A stretch of DNA of 64,000 nucleotides from Chitinophagaceae bacterium (GCA_040404005.1 JBBAJO010000017.1:5245-69244), one strand, 5' to 3'. Positions 30,086 to 40,670 are shown, numbered from the stretch's first letter. Made by a program: numbers and translations. The notes: a model not told the origin generated them from the letters alone.

Positions 30086-31240
30086 ATGCCGTTGAGAATA
30101 CTTCCGGGAATAGATACATGGCTTGCGAGAAAATCCCTGTCAGCCAAAACCCGGATAGGTTTGGTCACCAATGACGCCGCGCTAACGGCAACAGGGCTGC
30201 AAAGCAGGATCGCCCTGCTCAAAACAGGGTTCAACCTGGTGACCATATTTTCTCCCGAACACGGGATCCGGGTAAAAGGGGAAGATGGCGTTCTGCAGAG
30301 GCACGGTACCGATAGCTTGACGGGTCTTCCTGTGACCAGTTTGTACAGTGAGAAGATGGCGCCGTCTGAAGACGACTTGAAGCAACTCGATGCGGTACTG
30401 TTCGATATACCCGACATTGGTTGTCGTTTCTATACCTACTTGTGGACCATGACCTATGTGATGGAGGCATGCGCAACATTCAATAAGCCATTTATTGTGT
30501 TGGACCGCCCCAATCCGATAGGGGCGTTGCTGGAACATGCGGAGGGTCCGATGCTGGACGAGGTGAATTGTTCCTCATTCATCGGAAGATGGGATATTCC
30601 ATTGAAACATGCCTGTACCTTGGGTGAGCTCGCTTTGTTTTTTGCCGCTACAAGATTTCCGAAACTGGAGATCGAAGTGATCAGGGTGGACAACTACCAC
30701 CGTCACCAAACCGCAATGCAGCATTTCAAGTTTGTCCCCACTTCGCCCGCCATCCAGAACATCAATGCCGCCATGCTCTATCCCGGTTCAGGACTCTGGG
30801 AGGGTATCATGGTCAATGAGGGTAGGGGAACCGACAAACCTTTTGAACAGCTGGGCGCCCCGTGGATCAGCAATGAGGAACTTTGTGAGGTGTTGACTTA
30901 TCGGGTTACTGGCGTTGAGCTCAACCGTGTACAATTTATACCTCGGTCCGGTGTATATGAGGGCGAATGCTGTGAGGGGATATCGTTTCAGGTTCGGGAC
31001 CCGTACAAATTTAAAGCAGTTCAATTTGGACTGACCCTGCTGGCGGCTATTTTCGAGTTATATCCAGAAGTTTCAGAAAGACTGTATAAGACCCACGCTA
31101 ATCCTTCCGGGGTGCGACATATGGACATGTTGCTGGGTCAACCGGATGTATTGCGGCAACTAAGGAAGCACAACGCGGTTGATATAAGGGTTGCAGAAAG
31201 TTGGTATACGATGATGACATCTTTCTTGCTGTACAAATAA
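30086..31240 (+). CDS. DUF1343 / NamZ-like exo-beta-N-acetylmuramidase
   Basis: FSPEHGI, DIPDIGCRFYTY, LDRPNP and PTSPAI motifs; no obvious signal peptide. Confidence 0.88.
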   Translation: MPLRILPGIDTWLARKSLSAKTRIGLVTNDAALTATGLQSRIALLKTGFNLVTIFSPEHGIRVKGEDGVLQRHGTDSLTGLPVTSLYSEKMAPSEDDLKQLDAVLFDIPDIGCRFYTYLWTMTYVMEACATFNKPFIVLDRPNPIGALLEHAEGPMLDEVNCSSFIGRWDIPLKHACTLGELALFFAATRFPKLEIEVIRVDNYHRHQTAMQHFKFVPTSPAIQNINAAMLYPGSGLWEGIMVNEGRGTDKPFEQLGAPWISNEELCEVLTYRVTGVELNRVQFIPRSGVYEGECCEGISFQVRDPYKFKAVQFGLTLLAAIFELYPEVSERLYKTHANPSGVRHMDMLLGQPDVLRQLRKHNAVDIRVAESWYTMMTSFLLYK

Positions 31241-31316
31241 AATGACAATATTCTGGCATTGAAAACTTGCACGTTTCCCTTCTAATGCTATTCTTTGCAA
31301 CAGAATGATTAATAAT

Positions 31317-31997
31317 ATGAAAAGGATTCTTCTCCTTGTTGTTTCGATCGGGTTTATGAATACAGCATTTTCGCAGAGACTGGCAGACACTGCTTTATTA
31401 TCAATGAACCGGGAACAGCAGGGAGTATATTTTTTCTCGAAAGCAAGAAAACAAAATACTACCGGCTGGATCATGTTAGGATCAGGATTTGCAGGACTTG
31501 TTGCTGGCACGTCGGTGGCCCTCAATTCCTGGGGATCAAGCAGTAACAGCAGTGAAACAGCTGGTGTAATCATTGTTGCCGTATCAGCCGTAGCCATGAT
31601 CGGTAGTGTAGTCTCTTTCATAAATGCGGCAAATAGTAAGGGGAAAGGGGAGATGTTGTTGCGAAAACCTGCAAGGGCGGAGGGGCCGGAAGTGGAAAAG
31701 GACCTCGGTATGATGTACCTTAGGAAACACAAGACCTTGCGTCTTGTTGGATGGTCATTGGTGGGGACGGGTTTGATCACAAGTTTGATCGCTGGCCAAC
31801 AATACAACTCCGAGGCGCTTGGAACGGTTAGCTGGCTGGCATCGGTTGCCAGCATACCTGTTTTTATTGCGTCTTCGAGAAATAAGGGCCGTGCAACAGT
31901 GTTACTCAATACCCAGAAAATTCCTTTCAGTTATTTGTCATCTCCCATACCGCTGACTTCGGTGGGGGTAGGTATCACACTCGGCTCCACAAGATAG
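31317..31997 (+). CDS. Secreted or membrane hypothetical protein with two repeated hydrophobic helical-hairpin units
   Basis: Signal peptide; unit 1 YFFSKARKQNTTGW...ANSKGKGEMLL; unit 2 YLRKHKTLRLVGW...SRNKGRATVLL. Confidence 0.75.
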   Translation: MKRILLLVVSIGFMNTAFSQRLADTALLSMNREQQGVYFFSKARKQNTTGWIMLGSGFAGLVAGTSVALNSWGSSSNSSETAGVIIVAVSAVAMIGSVVSFINAANSKGKGEMLLRKPARAEGPEVEKDLGMMYLRKHKTLRLVGWSLVGTGLITSLIAGQQYNSEALGTVSWLASVASIPVFIASSRNKGRATVLLNTQKIPFSYLSSPIPLTSVGVGITLGSTR

Positions 31998-32064
31998 AGA
32001 TCAGAATTTTCAGGCGCGTCTATATTGACACACCGCTGGTGAACGATGCAGAGCAGGTCATTTA

Positions 32065-32946
32065 TCATGCGATGATATCCTCCACATTGTGCCTGATGTT
32101 CTCTGCGATTTTCTGCATGGGCAGATCATTGCTGTCGAGCCCAAATGGATCTTCTATTTCTTCAGCAATTAATTCCAGGCTGGCCAATACGTAGAACATA
32201 AATACAGTGACTGGAATGGTAAACAGACCCATGGTAATGGCGAAACCAAAGGGCATGGTGATCACATAGAAGAAAATAAATTTTTTAATGAATGTGCTGT
32301 AGCTATAAGGAATGGGGGTGTTTTTGATTCGTTCGCAAGCACCACAAATATCAGTCAACGATTGCCATTCATTGTTCATCATCAGCAGCTGAACGTCGCT
32401 GATCTGTTTATGCTGATGCAGCTGATGCAATTCCTTAAACATGCTATCGGCAAGTTTATTGGGCAAGTGACGATGGTCATTAAGCCCTGGAAGTTCGGGA
32501 TGTGGTTCTTCATCCAATTCAAATTTTGTAGCTTCTTTCAGTAAATGTCGTTTTAGGGCTAATGCATAAAGGGGGATCGACTGCCTGAAGAAACCCCTCG
32601 AATGATGGTTGTCCGGGGCCAGCAACACATTCAGTTTGATAGCAAAATTTCTGCTGTTATTGACCAGTGAACCCCATAGTTTACGGCCCTCCCACCAACG
32701 TTCATAGGCAGTGTTGGTTCGGAACACCAGTAACATGGAAATGGCAAACCCCAGCAGGGAATGCATGATGCTGATGTTCTTTGCATGGGCGTTTTCTCCT
32801 AGCTGGAGATATACGGTTTCAAGGTAAACGATGCCCCAGGAGAACAAGCCAATAATGATCAACGCGGGAAGCAAAGTCCGAAATGTATCGGCTTTATGAA
32901 AGCGGAAAATGGAGAGGATCCAGTTTTTCGGATTATACAGAACCAT
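32065..32946 (-). CDS. Bestrophin-family ion channel (YneE-like)
   Basis: LLVFRTNTAYERWWEGR, ERIKNTPIPYSY and EEIEDPFG motifs. Confidence 0.95.
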   Translation of the reverse strand: MVLYNPKNWILSIFRFHKADTFRTLLPALIIIGLFSWGIVYLETVYLQLGENAHAKNISIMHSLLGFAISMLLVFRTNTAYERWWEGRKLWGSLVNNSRNFAIKLNVLLAPDNHHSRGFFRQSIPLYALALKRHLLKEATKFELDEEPHPELPGLNDHRHLPNKLADSMFKELHQLHQHKQISDVQLLMMNNEWQSLTDICGACERIKNTPIPYSYSTFIKKFIFFYVITMPFGFAITMGLFTIPVTVFMFYVLASLELIAEEIEDPFGLDSNDLPMQKIAENIRHNVEDIIA

Positions 32947-32980
32947 ATATCAATTTAAATGTGATGTCTAAAAGCCTTTT

Positions 32981-33958
32981 TTATTCGCCCAGTACAAATT
33001 TTTCCATCAATTGAAAAGACAAAACAGCTTCATCTGCCGTACAGGGATTTTCCCCTTTCCCAAGAAAATATTGAACCACCTTCTCGATCATGGGTTGCTG
33101 AATATGTTCTGGATGTACGAAGTTAATATCTTCCGTTGCGCTCCCTTTCTGAACATGAACGGTATTGCCAAACATGGGAAAGGAGAAATTACCCTTTGAA
33201 CCAATCACCTCACAAAGATCTTCTTTTAATTCTTCTGCAACCGTGAAACACCATATTCCGTTAAACAAGATCCCATTTTCAAAATGTATCAGGCCACTCA
33301 CGATATCCCTTGCTTTGTAAAGTCCTGCCTGGTTCGTACTCATGCCCTTACTTTCCGCGATGGCTCCGAAAAAATGAACCATCAGGTCGAGCTGATGCGG
33401 CGCGAGATCGTAAAAAAGGCCTCCTAATCCCCCAACGGCAGGATCTACCCGCCAGTTGGTTTCGGGACTGGCAATGAGGGTCGACTGATCAGGCTGTAAC
33501 ATGCTTAGCCTTACTATTCTGATATCACCCACTGCCCCCGCATGGATCAATTCCTTGATCTTAACAAACATAGGCACAGCTCTTCGGTAATGGGCAACGG
33601 TCAGTGCTACTCCTGTAGATGCCGCTGCATCAGCCATGCGGATACATGAAGCCAGATCGGTTGACATCGGTTTTTCTACATATACCGGCTTGCCGGCCTG
33701 AAGCGCCGAGAGCACGTATCTTTCGTGTGAATCAGGCGGTGTTGCTACATAAATCGCATTTACATTAGGGTCGTTGATCAACTCATTGGCATCCGCATAC
33801 CACATGGGCACGTGATGCCGCGCTGCATAGTCTTTTGCCTTCTCTGCATCCCTGCGCATGACTGCCGCCAATGAAGAGCCCGGCACTTTATTAAAGGCGG
33901 GACCGCTTTTGACTTCCGTAACATTCCCGCAACCAATGATGCCCCAACTGATTCCCAT
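32981..33958 (-). CDS. Gfo/Idh/MocA oxidoreductase
   Basis: WGIIGCG, VYVEKPM and GGLFYDLAPHQLD motifs. Confidence 0.92.
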   Translation of the reverse strand: MGISWGIIGCGNVTEVKSGPAFNKVPGSSLAAVMRRDAEKAKDYAARHHVPMWYADANELINDPNVNAIYVATPPDSHERYVLSALQAGKPVYVEKPMSTDLASCIRMADAAASTGVALTVAHYRRAVPMFVKIKELIHAGAVGDIRIVRLSMLQPDQSTLIASPETNWRVDPAVGGLGGLFYDLAPHQLDLMVHFFGAIAESKGMSTNQAGLYKARDIVSGLIHFENGILFNGIWCFTVAEELKEDLCEVIGSKGNFSFPMFGNTVHVQKGSATEDINFVHPEHIQQPMIEKVVQYFLGKGENPCTADEAVLSFQLMEKFVLGE

Positions 33959-34000
33959 CGATGTTGTTTTGTAATGACTTGTTTTATTCTGATCCGGCCC

Positions 34001-35065
34001 TTACTGGTTAAGATGTTTGTCTTTCAACTCTTTCAAAATCGAAACACCCGCATTGTCTGCCATGCTGTTTTTGCTAAAGGCGTTTATGGCAACAAAAACC
34101 GCTTTGTTATTGATTTTGTCGAAACCACAAAATGTCGAAAACCCGTAAGTGCCACCGTTATGCCAAACGATCGGAGGCTGGCCGTTGACTTCTAATACGT
34201 GCCAGGCTTTAGCTACTTTCAATCGATCATTAATGATGGCGGTGGGGGTGATGAGGTTTAGGATATAGATTTCGTTGCTATGTGCCAGCATCTGCTGCAG
34301 ATAGGTCATGATGTCCCGGGCATTGGATTTAATTTCGCCTGCTGCACCAAGGCCATTCATGGTCCAATATTCAGCCGGCACATTATTGAAATATCCAACA
34401 CTGACAGGGGAGCCTGGAGCCGCAGTCAGCCCGGTCTTAGGAAGATCCCAGGGTCCTGTGATATAGTTTTTAAGCAGCGCTTCGTAGGATTTTCCGGAGA
34501 TCCGTTCTGCCAATACACCGGCGATGGTAATACCAAGGTTCGAGTAGTTTGCTTTCTTGGGCGTGTCTGGAGTGGCTTTTGTCAGGTAACTGAACAGGCC
34601 GTTCAGATCATATCCCGCATAGGGTTGCAAGAATGATTTAGGGTTACCCATGTTAGTAGGCAGTCTCGGAAAGCCCGACGTATGATTTAACAGTTGGATG
34701 AATTGAATATCCGCCACCTTAGGATTTGTGCGAACACTGTCGGGAAGATATCTTCCAATAGCTTCCGTATCTGCGATTTTTTTCTCCCTCAATACTGCAG
34801 ACAAGATAAAAGCCGTGAAGGTTTTGGTGATACTCCCAATTTCCAATTGCACGGTAGAATCGAACAACAGCTTAGTGTCCACATTAGCGTAGCCTGCCGT
34901 CAGATAAGTAGTTCTGCCCCCGTCATAAATTCCGATAATGATTCCGGGCACCGCTTTGGCCTCTACCAGGCTGTCTATTCTTTTCTGCAGCGATTGCTTA
35001 AAGCTCTGGCCGAAACCGATATTCCCCAGTAAAATCAGCAATAGACTAAGGGTGGTATATTTCAT
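34001..35065 (-). CDS. Serine hydrolase (beta-lactamase class C-like), secreted
   Basis: SITK (SxxK), YSN and HNGG motifs; start set at MKYTTLSLLL (35065). Confidence 0.88.
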   Translation of the reverse strand: MKYTTLSLLLILLGNIGFGQSFKQSLQKRIDSLVEAKAVPGIIIGIYDGGRTTYLTAGYANVDTKLLFDSTVQLEIGSITKTFTAFILSAVLREKKIADTEAIGRYLPDSVRTNPKVADIQFIQLLNHTSGFPRLPTNMGNPKSFLQPYAGYDLNGLFSYLTKATPDTPKKANYSNLGITIAGVLAERISGKSYEALLKNYITGPWDLPKTGLTAAPGSPVSVGYFNNVPAEYWTMNGLGAAGEIKSNARDIMTYLQQMLAHSNEIYILNLITPTAIINDRLKVAKAWHVLEVNGQPPIVWHNGGTYGFSTFCGFDKINNKAVFVAINAFSKNSMADNAGVSILKELKDKHLNQ

Positions 35066-35193
35066 AGATGTTGTTTTAGACACCTTCATGTGATGCCCAA
35101 TGTTACACGGTTTGTTTTAGCCCGCCCTAGGTTGCGCATAGTTTTTAGTCCACCTTCATACGTTTCCCCGTGGCATATCAATACTGTCTGATC

Positions 35194-38100
35194 CTACTTC
35201 AACGTTGCCAGATAGCTCACCACATCGCGGATCTCTTTTCTGGAGATCATCAGATGCATAGCTGGCATACTGGAAGGTGAATTGATCCTGTTGGCTACGT
35301 CCGATTTCCTCACGAGGGTGTCCGCTTTATCGCCCACTTTGATCACATATCCATCTTTCTTTTCCTGCTGCAGTATGCCATTCAGTTTTTGCCCGTTCTT
35401 CAGATCCAGGGTGACGAAACCATATCCCGGCGCAATCCTCGCACTGGGTTCGATCAGGGCCTCCAACAATTGCTCACGGGAAAGCTTGTTGGCTATTCCA
35501 TTCAATCTCGGTCCTATATTTCCACCATAGTCGTCGATCGCATGACAACGCACGCACTGGGCCGATGAGTTGTTCCAAAAGATCCGGTTGCCCTTTTTGG
35601 GATCTCCTCCCATTAAGGCACTTGCATATACAGCTTTCAATGAATCGGCTGCAGAGGCAGCGCTGAGTTTCCGATATCGATCGCGAAGTGCGGTTGCTCC
35701 AGATGAATCGATGGCATCAGACAATTCCAGCTGTACTTCTTTTGGAAGTTTACCCGTTTCAAATTGATCAAGTAACTGTACAAATATTTTTTCAGTATTC
35801 GCGAGTGGCAATTTGCCAAGGCTGGTGATCGCGGCCTGCTTTTCCTCGGGTGTCCTCGTTTTAATCACATCAGTCAGCAGGGTTACTTTCAGGTTGTTCG
35901 ACAACTGCAGAGTGTTGAGCAGGTCCAGACCCACTACACGCACCGTTTTTTCTTTATCTGCCAGTGCAGTGGTGATGACCGCATCCATGTGATTTCCACT
36001 GAGTTTTGACAATGCTTTCACCGCTTCGATCCTCACCTCAGCAGCAGGATCTTTTTTTAATTGTGCCATGAGCGGCTCTGTGGCTGCGCCGATCTTTAGT
36101 TTACCTAATGCCCTGGCCACGTGGACCCTGAGTGTAGTGTCTTTATGAGATAACAAATTTATAAGGAGGCCGGTTGCATTTTGTTGAACTGGTTCCAGTG
36201 GCCTGCTCACCTCTCCCCGGAAACGGCCATCTACCCGATCCAATACCGAAGGTTTTGCCCAGGTACTTATGGCATCGATGGCTTCATTTCGCATTTCCAC
36301 CGGCGCTTCTTCAAAGCTGATATAGTTCATTAGGTTTTGCAGATTTTCATTGCTACCCACCCTGAGGTTAGCATTGATCGCCCTTCTGATCAGGGGTTCA
36401 TTGCAGAAGCGGTGATCGTTCAGCGCATTGGCCAGATCAGGCAAGGCTTCCTTGATCGAAAGATCATCGTTAATGGCCCTGGCTGTTTCCGTCACGATAA
36501 ATTCATCGGCATCTTTCAAAAAAATCCTGATGCCCGGATCTTGCATCCGCCTCAATGCCACTACCGCTGCAATGCGTACTGCCTTTGAGGGGTTGGTAGA
36601 TAAAGCGATCAAGGGAGCCGACTGGCCTATTCGGGCAAGTGCAAGACTACCCGCGTGGCGCAGGTAATTGTCAACATCATTATTAGCGGCAAGCATCTCA
36701 ATGATGGCGTTAATTGCGGGGGCATAGGCGATCCTTCCCAATGCTTCGGCTGCAAAGAAACGTGCCCTACTGTATTCATCTTTCAACAATGGCAACAATG
36801 CGGCGCCTGCATCTTTATATCGAACATCACCTATCCATTTTGCCGACTGGGCGCGAATCTCAGGATCTCCATCTTTCAAATAAGGTACCAGCAATGCGGC
36901 ATATTTCATGTCTTTCCGGGCAAACTGACTGATGCCCCAGATGGCGTGCACCCTTGCCAGCTGCTGCGTTTTACTCGCGAGTACTGCTTTGAATATGTCT
37001 ACGCCCTTATCCCCACGAGTGGCTAGTTCAAACTGCGCCTTCTGTCTGACGCGCATATCTGCATGCTTCAGCAAATCTTTCAGCGCATCATTTTTATAGG
37101 TTTTGATATCGGCCTTGATGTGCATTTCGGTATTCTTCCTGACGGCCATATCGGGATTGGCTACATCCAGTTTCCAGATTCGGCCATAGTCTTTTGTGTC
37201 CCAGCCTGAGATCCAGTCGCCCATATACATGGCACCATCTGGTCCGAAATCAATTCCGGTGGCCAGGATACCGCCCACCAGCAGTTTAGATTCTACAAAG
37301 TCGAACGATGCGCCTTTGGGTTTCAACTTGAAGGAATGGATCCCTGAGCCCGCGGGGTTTCCCACAAACTCCCCAACAAAAAAAGAATTTTTGTATTCGG
37401 GTCCGAGTGCGGTGCCGGGATTATACAGGAATCCAGTTGGGCCGTTCACGAAATTTTTTATGGTAGGAAGGATGTATGCGGCCTGGCCTTCCCAGCGGGG
37501 GACGAACATTTTTTCATCCATCCAAACTTTGTATCTATTGTTTTCCGGATCGCGGTATTTACCGAACTGCCAGTTCGTTCTCCAGCCTATATCAGCGCCG
37601 TTCACTACATACACGATGCGCTCACTTTCTCCGGGATGATCACCGTCATTGTCTTCACTGATCAGGTTACCATATTCATCAAATGCAAATTCGTGCGTGT
37701 TCCGGTTGCCATAGGAAAATACTTCGAAGTCGCTCCCATCAGGATTTGAACGTACGATCACGCCGCTGTTGGGATGCTCCCATTTCTTTCCATCTGGTCC
37801 CGTACCATTGAAGCCAATGTCACCGATCTGCCAGTAGATCTTTCCTTCCGGGCCAACTTCTGCGCCCGACATACCATGCCCGGAGAATCCAACGCGGACG
37901 CCGTAGCCATGGGAGATCGAAGTCTTCGACGCCGCGGTCCCGATCACATTCTCTTTTATCCGCCACATGTCGGGCCCAATGGCTACAAACAGGTCGTCGC
38001 CATGTTTCAACACACCGCCGGCTGCATCGGTCACCTCATCATTAAAGTCTTCTACTACGAGTTGGGATTTATCTGCAATGCCATCACCATTCACGTCTTC

Positions 38101-38586
38101 CACGCGGTAAACATGTTCTTTTTCAACGGTCATATCGCGCCAGTCGTGCGAGCTGTCACCATTCACATCCCTCAGCCATTCATTCTTATCGCTGTTTTCA
38201 GGCGCCAGTGCCTTACGCAGGAAGGCTCTTTTCTCTTCAATAGACGAGAGTTGGATCATTTGAATCTCCCAGTCCTGGTGACTGCGGATGTCGAACTCAG
38301 AATTTTTCTGCCTGTTCGTCCGCGTATAGTAGATCCTGCCCTGATCGTCGATATCGATGGCAACCGGATCTGCAACAAGGGAATCCATGCCCCAAAGCTT
38401 AAGGGTAAGGCCTTCTGCCAGTTTAGGCGTAACACCGGATTCTATGGTTTTAGCCAGCGATGCCGTTAGGGCGGTGTCCATAAGCTTTATCCTGGGGTCT
38501 TCAGCAATCAGGTTTGTTTTTGTATTGCAGGCAGCAAACAGGGAAGCCGCAAGGATCAGTACCGGAACAATATTACGTTCAGTCAT
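35194..38586 (-). CDS. PVC-type dehydrogenase-like beta-propeller / HEAT-repeat / c-type cytochrome lipoprotein
   Basis: Lipobox LFAAC; GNRNTHE and FDEYGNL propeller motifs; HEAT repeats; CVRCH heme motif and SSMP axial Met near the C-terminus. Confidence 0.88.
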   Translation of the reverse strand: MTERNIVPVLILAASLFAACNTKTNLIAEDPRIKLMDTALTASLAKTIESGVTPKLAEGLTLKLWGMDSLVADPVAIDIDDQGRIYYTRTNRQKNSEFDIRSHQDWEIQMIQLSSIEEKRAFLRKALAPENSDKNEWLRDVNGDSSHDWRDMTVEKEHVYRVEDVNGDGIADKSQLVVEDFNDEVTDAAGGVLKHGDDLFVAIGPDMWRIKENVIGTAASKTSISHGYGVRVGFSGHGMSGAEVGPEGKIYWQIGDIGFNGTGPDGKKWEHPNSGVIVRSNPDGSDFEVFSYGNRNTHEFAFDEYGNLISEDNDGDHPGESERIVYVVNGADIGWRTNWQFGKYRDPENNRYKVWMDEKMFVPRWEGQAAYILPTIKNFVNGPTGFLYNPGTALGPEYKNSFFVGEFVGNPAGSGIHSFKLKPKGASFDFVESKLLVGGILATGIDFGPDGAMYMGDWISGWDTKDYGRIWKLDVANPDMAVRKNTEMHIKADIKTYKNDALKDLLKHADMRVRQKAQFELATRGDKGVDIFKAVLASKTQQLARVHAIWGISQFARKDMKYAALLVPYLKDGDPEIRAQSAKWIGDVRYKDAGAALLPLLKDEYSRARFFAAEALGRIAYAPAINAIIEMLAANNDVDNYLRHAGSLALARIGQSAPLIALSTNPSKAVRIAAVVALRRMQDPGIRIFLKDADEFIVTETARAINDDLSIKEALPDLANALNDHRFCNEPLIRRAINANLRVGSNENLQNLMNYISFEEAPVEMRNEAIDAISTWAKPSVLDRVDGRFRGEVSRPLEPVQQNATGLLINLLSHKDTTLRVHVARALGKLKIGAATEPLMAQLKKDPAAEVRIEAVKALSKLSGNHMDAVITTALADKEKTVRVVGLDLLNTLQLSNNLKVTLLTDVIKTRTPEEKQAAITSLGKLPLANTEKIFVQLLDQFETGKLPKEVQLELSDAIDSSGATALRDRYRKLSAASAADSLKAVYASALMGGDPKKGNRIFWNNSSAQCVRCHAIDDYGGNIGPRLNGIANKLSREQLLEALIEPSARIAPGYGFVTLDLKNGQKLNGILQQEKKDGYVIKVGDKADTLVRKSDVANRINSPSSMPAMHLMISRKEIRDVVSYLATLK

Positions 38587-38721
38587 TAAAGGCAGTTTGC
38601 TTTAAAGATAATAAGTAGATGCATGTGCCGGTGCAACCGGGCTAAAATCGGGGGAACAGGAGCAGGGTTTATATTGGGTCGATGGGTGGGTTTAATATGA
38701 TAAGATGAGGAAAGGGCCGGG

Positions 38722-39867
38722 TTATTTTAGAACGATGTGATCATACAGGGTGTTCGCCGTTTGTTTGATCAGGTTGATGAATCCATCAGTATAACCGGAG
38801 TAGGAGCCGTTGGTGATGATCACGATGCCGAATTTTTCTTTCCGGTTGAAGTACATCGCACTGTTGAGTCCGTAAGCTGAGCCGGTGTGGCCAGTCATGG
38901 TTTTGCCTGGAATGAGTTTATCGGTTTTGTCGATGGCTAATCCATAGTTTTCCTTCTCGTTGGCGGTCAGCATGGTCTGCATTTCGCGTGCGCTTTTTTT
39001 CGACATGATCTTTTTACCGTTGGATTTGCCAAGCTGCATATGCATGACCATATATTTCGCCAGATCAGGTGCGGAGATTTTCATCCCGCCTGTAGGAGAA
39101 AAAATGGGTGCGCTGTAGCCCATGATGTAATTGGCGATCTCTTCACTTCGCGGCGCGTATGCCCCGGCGGAGGCGACGAATTTTGCTGAATCAACCCGGT
39201 ATTCATAAATGGTGGCGAATCGAGATCTGTCCAGCGAATCCACGCAATAGCCGCCATAGAGACCCAGGGGATCGAGGATATGATGTTTCACGTATTGATC
39301 AAACCGTTCACCGGATACCTTTTCGACGATGGTGCCAATGATATTATAATTCAGGTTGCAGTATTTGAAATCTTTATCGGGACCATAATCACTATAACAA
39401 TTCGCCCAGTTGGGGTTCTTTGCGGGGTTGATGACATCCAGGCTGAAATATCCCTGGCTGTCGTTCAACGAAGAGCGGTGCGACATTACATTTCGCAGGG
39501 TGATCACGGTTTCGGGGTATTTTGGATTTCTGACCGTGAAGCCGAGATGGGTGCTTACATCATCATCGAGCGATAGCTTCTTTGCTTCAACCAGTTGCAT
39601 GATGGACGTAGCCGAAAAGGATTTTGAAATGGAAGCGATCCGGAACAGGCAATCGTTTGTAAGCGGGGTGTTGAGGGCGATATCTTTCTGGCCAAAGGAT
39701 TGGGCATAGACGATCTTGTCTTTCTTCACTACCGCAACGGAGACACCCACAACGGGGTACTGTTTGATAATCTCCTGAATGCCTGCTTCCGCTTTTTCGG
39801 CTTGTCCAAACACATCAACCGTGAACAGTAGCACAAAAAGAACAAGGGCAAGAGAATTGGATCTCAT
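38722..39867 (-). CDS. Serine hydrolase (beta-lactamase-related), secreted
   Basis: SISK, YCN and HTGS motifs; signal peptide. Confidence 0.9.
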   Translation of the reverse strand: MRSNSLALVLFVLLFTVDVFGQAEKAEAGIQEIIKQYPVVGVSVAVVKKDKIVYAQSFGQKDIALNTPLTNDCLFRIASISKSFSATSIMQLVEAKKLSLDDDVSTHLGFTVRNPKYPETVITLRNVMSHRSSLNDSQGYFSLDVINPAKNPNWANCYSDYGPDKDFKYCNLNYNIIGTIVEKVSGERFDQYVKHHILDPLGLYGGYCVDSLDRSRFATIYEYRVDSAKFVASAGAYAPRSEEIANYIMGYSAPIFSPTGGMKISAPDLAKYMVMHMQLGKSNGKKIMSKKSAREMQTMLTANEKENYGLAIDKTDKLIPGKTMTGHTGSAYGLNSAMYFNRKEKFGIVIITNGSYSGYTDGFINLIKQTANTLYDHIVLK

Positions 39868-39999
39868 GTATACATTTTTTGAGAAGGGTTGAAGCTATTT
39901 CATTATGATTGAAATCACAAATTGTTAATTTCGGCGTCCTTATCGTAACTTATGCAACCCGGGTAGTACCGGCGGCAAATAACCCCAACAACAACTTTC

Positions 40000-40581
40000 A
40001 TGAAAAAGACATGGTACTGCTTGTTAATCATCCTCCCAATGGTTTCGGCATTGAGTGCCCAAACTACGCAGGATATTAGTTCCGGAGCTGCGCGTACCAT
40101 ATTTGATTTGCTCCGAATCATTCCCGGGGTGGAAGTAACGCCGAATATGGGTGGTAAAAGTCAGCAACAGGTGTATGTGAGGGATACCAGGAACATGAAG
40201 GGGAAAGTGGGGGCGTTGATCGTTGTAAATGGAGTGATTTATGATGGCGACATCACCATGATCAATCCCATTGATGTTGTGAGTATATCATTATTGAAAG
40301 AAGAAGCCGCATCTGCAGTATATGGCTCGAGGGGATTTGGCGGGGTGATCCAGATCACGACCAAAGACGGGAAAGGGGTAGAGCCCGTTTCAGTGAACCG
40401 TTATGAGAAATCGGCCTACCAGTATTTTATCAGCAAGGGGACCGAATTGAAGATCATCGGGCTTGATGGTAAAACCATTGCTACGGGGGTGATCTCAAAA
40501 GAAACGGACAGCACGGTAATGGTAAGGAAGAAGATCATTCACAAGAAGACCATACAGAATGTAGAAATGGTGATGAATTGA
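40000..40581 (+). CDS. Stand-alone TonB-receptor plug-domain protein (no beta-barrel)
   Basis: DLLRIIPGV...INPIDVVSISLLKEEAASAVYGSRGFGGVIQITTK plug signature; ends at 193 aa after a short beta-rich tail. Confidence 0.85.
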   Translation: MKKTWYCLLIILPMVSALSAQTTQDISSGAARTIFDLLRIIPGVEVTPNMGGKSQQQVYVRDTRNMKGKVGALIVVNGVIYDGDITMINPIDVVSISLLKEEAASAVYGSRGFGGVIQITTKDGKGVEPVSVNRYEKSAYQYFISKGTELKIIGLDGKTIATGVISKETDSTVMVRKKIIHKKTIQNVEMVMN

Positions 40582-40670
40582 TTGTGCGCCGGGTATGAAA
40601 AATACCGATCTGTGATATCATACAAACAGATAAATTTTCAGATCATATACATAATAATCAAAAAGAGTCT

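Noticed and set aside
29989-30417. 143-aa N-terminal extension of the S9 peptidase in the ORF track (799 aa)
   Set aside because: It overlaps the NamZ-like gene in antisense, and a clear signal peptide starts at 29988.
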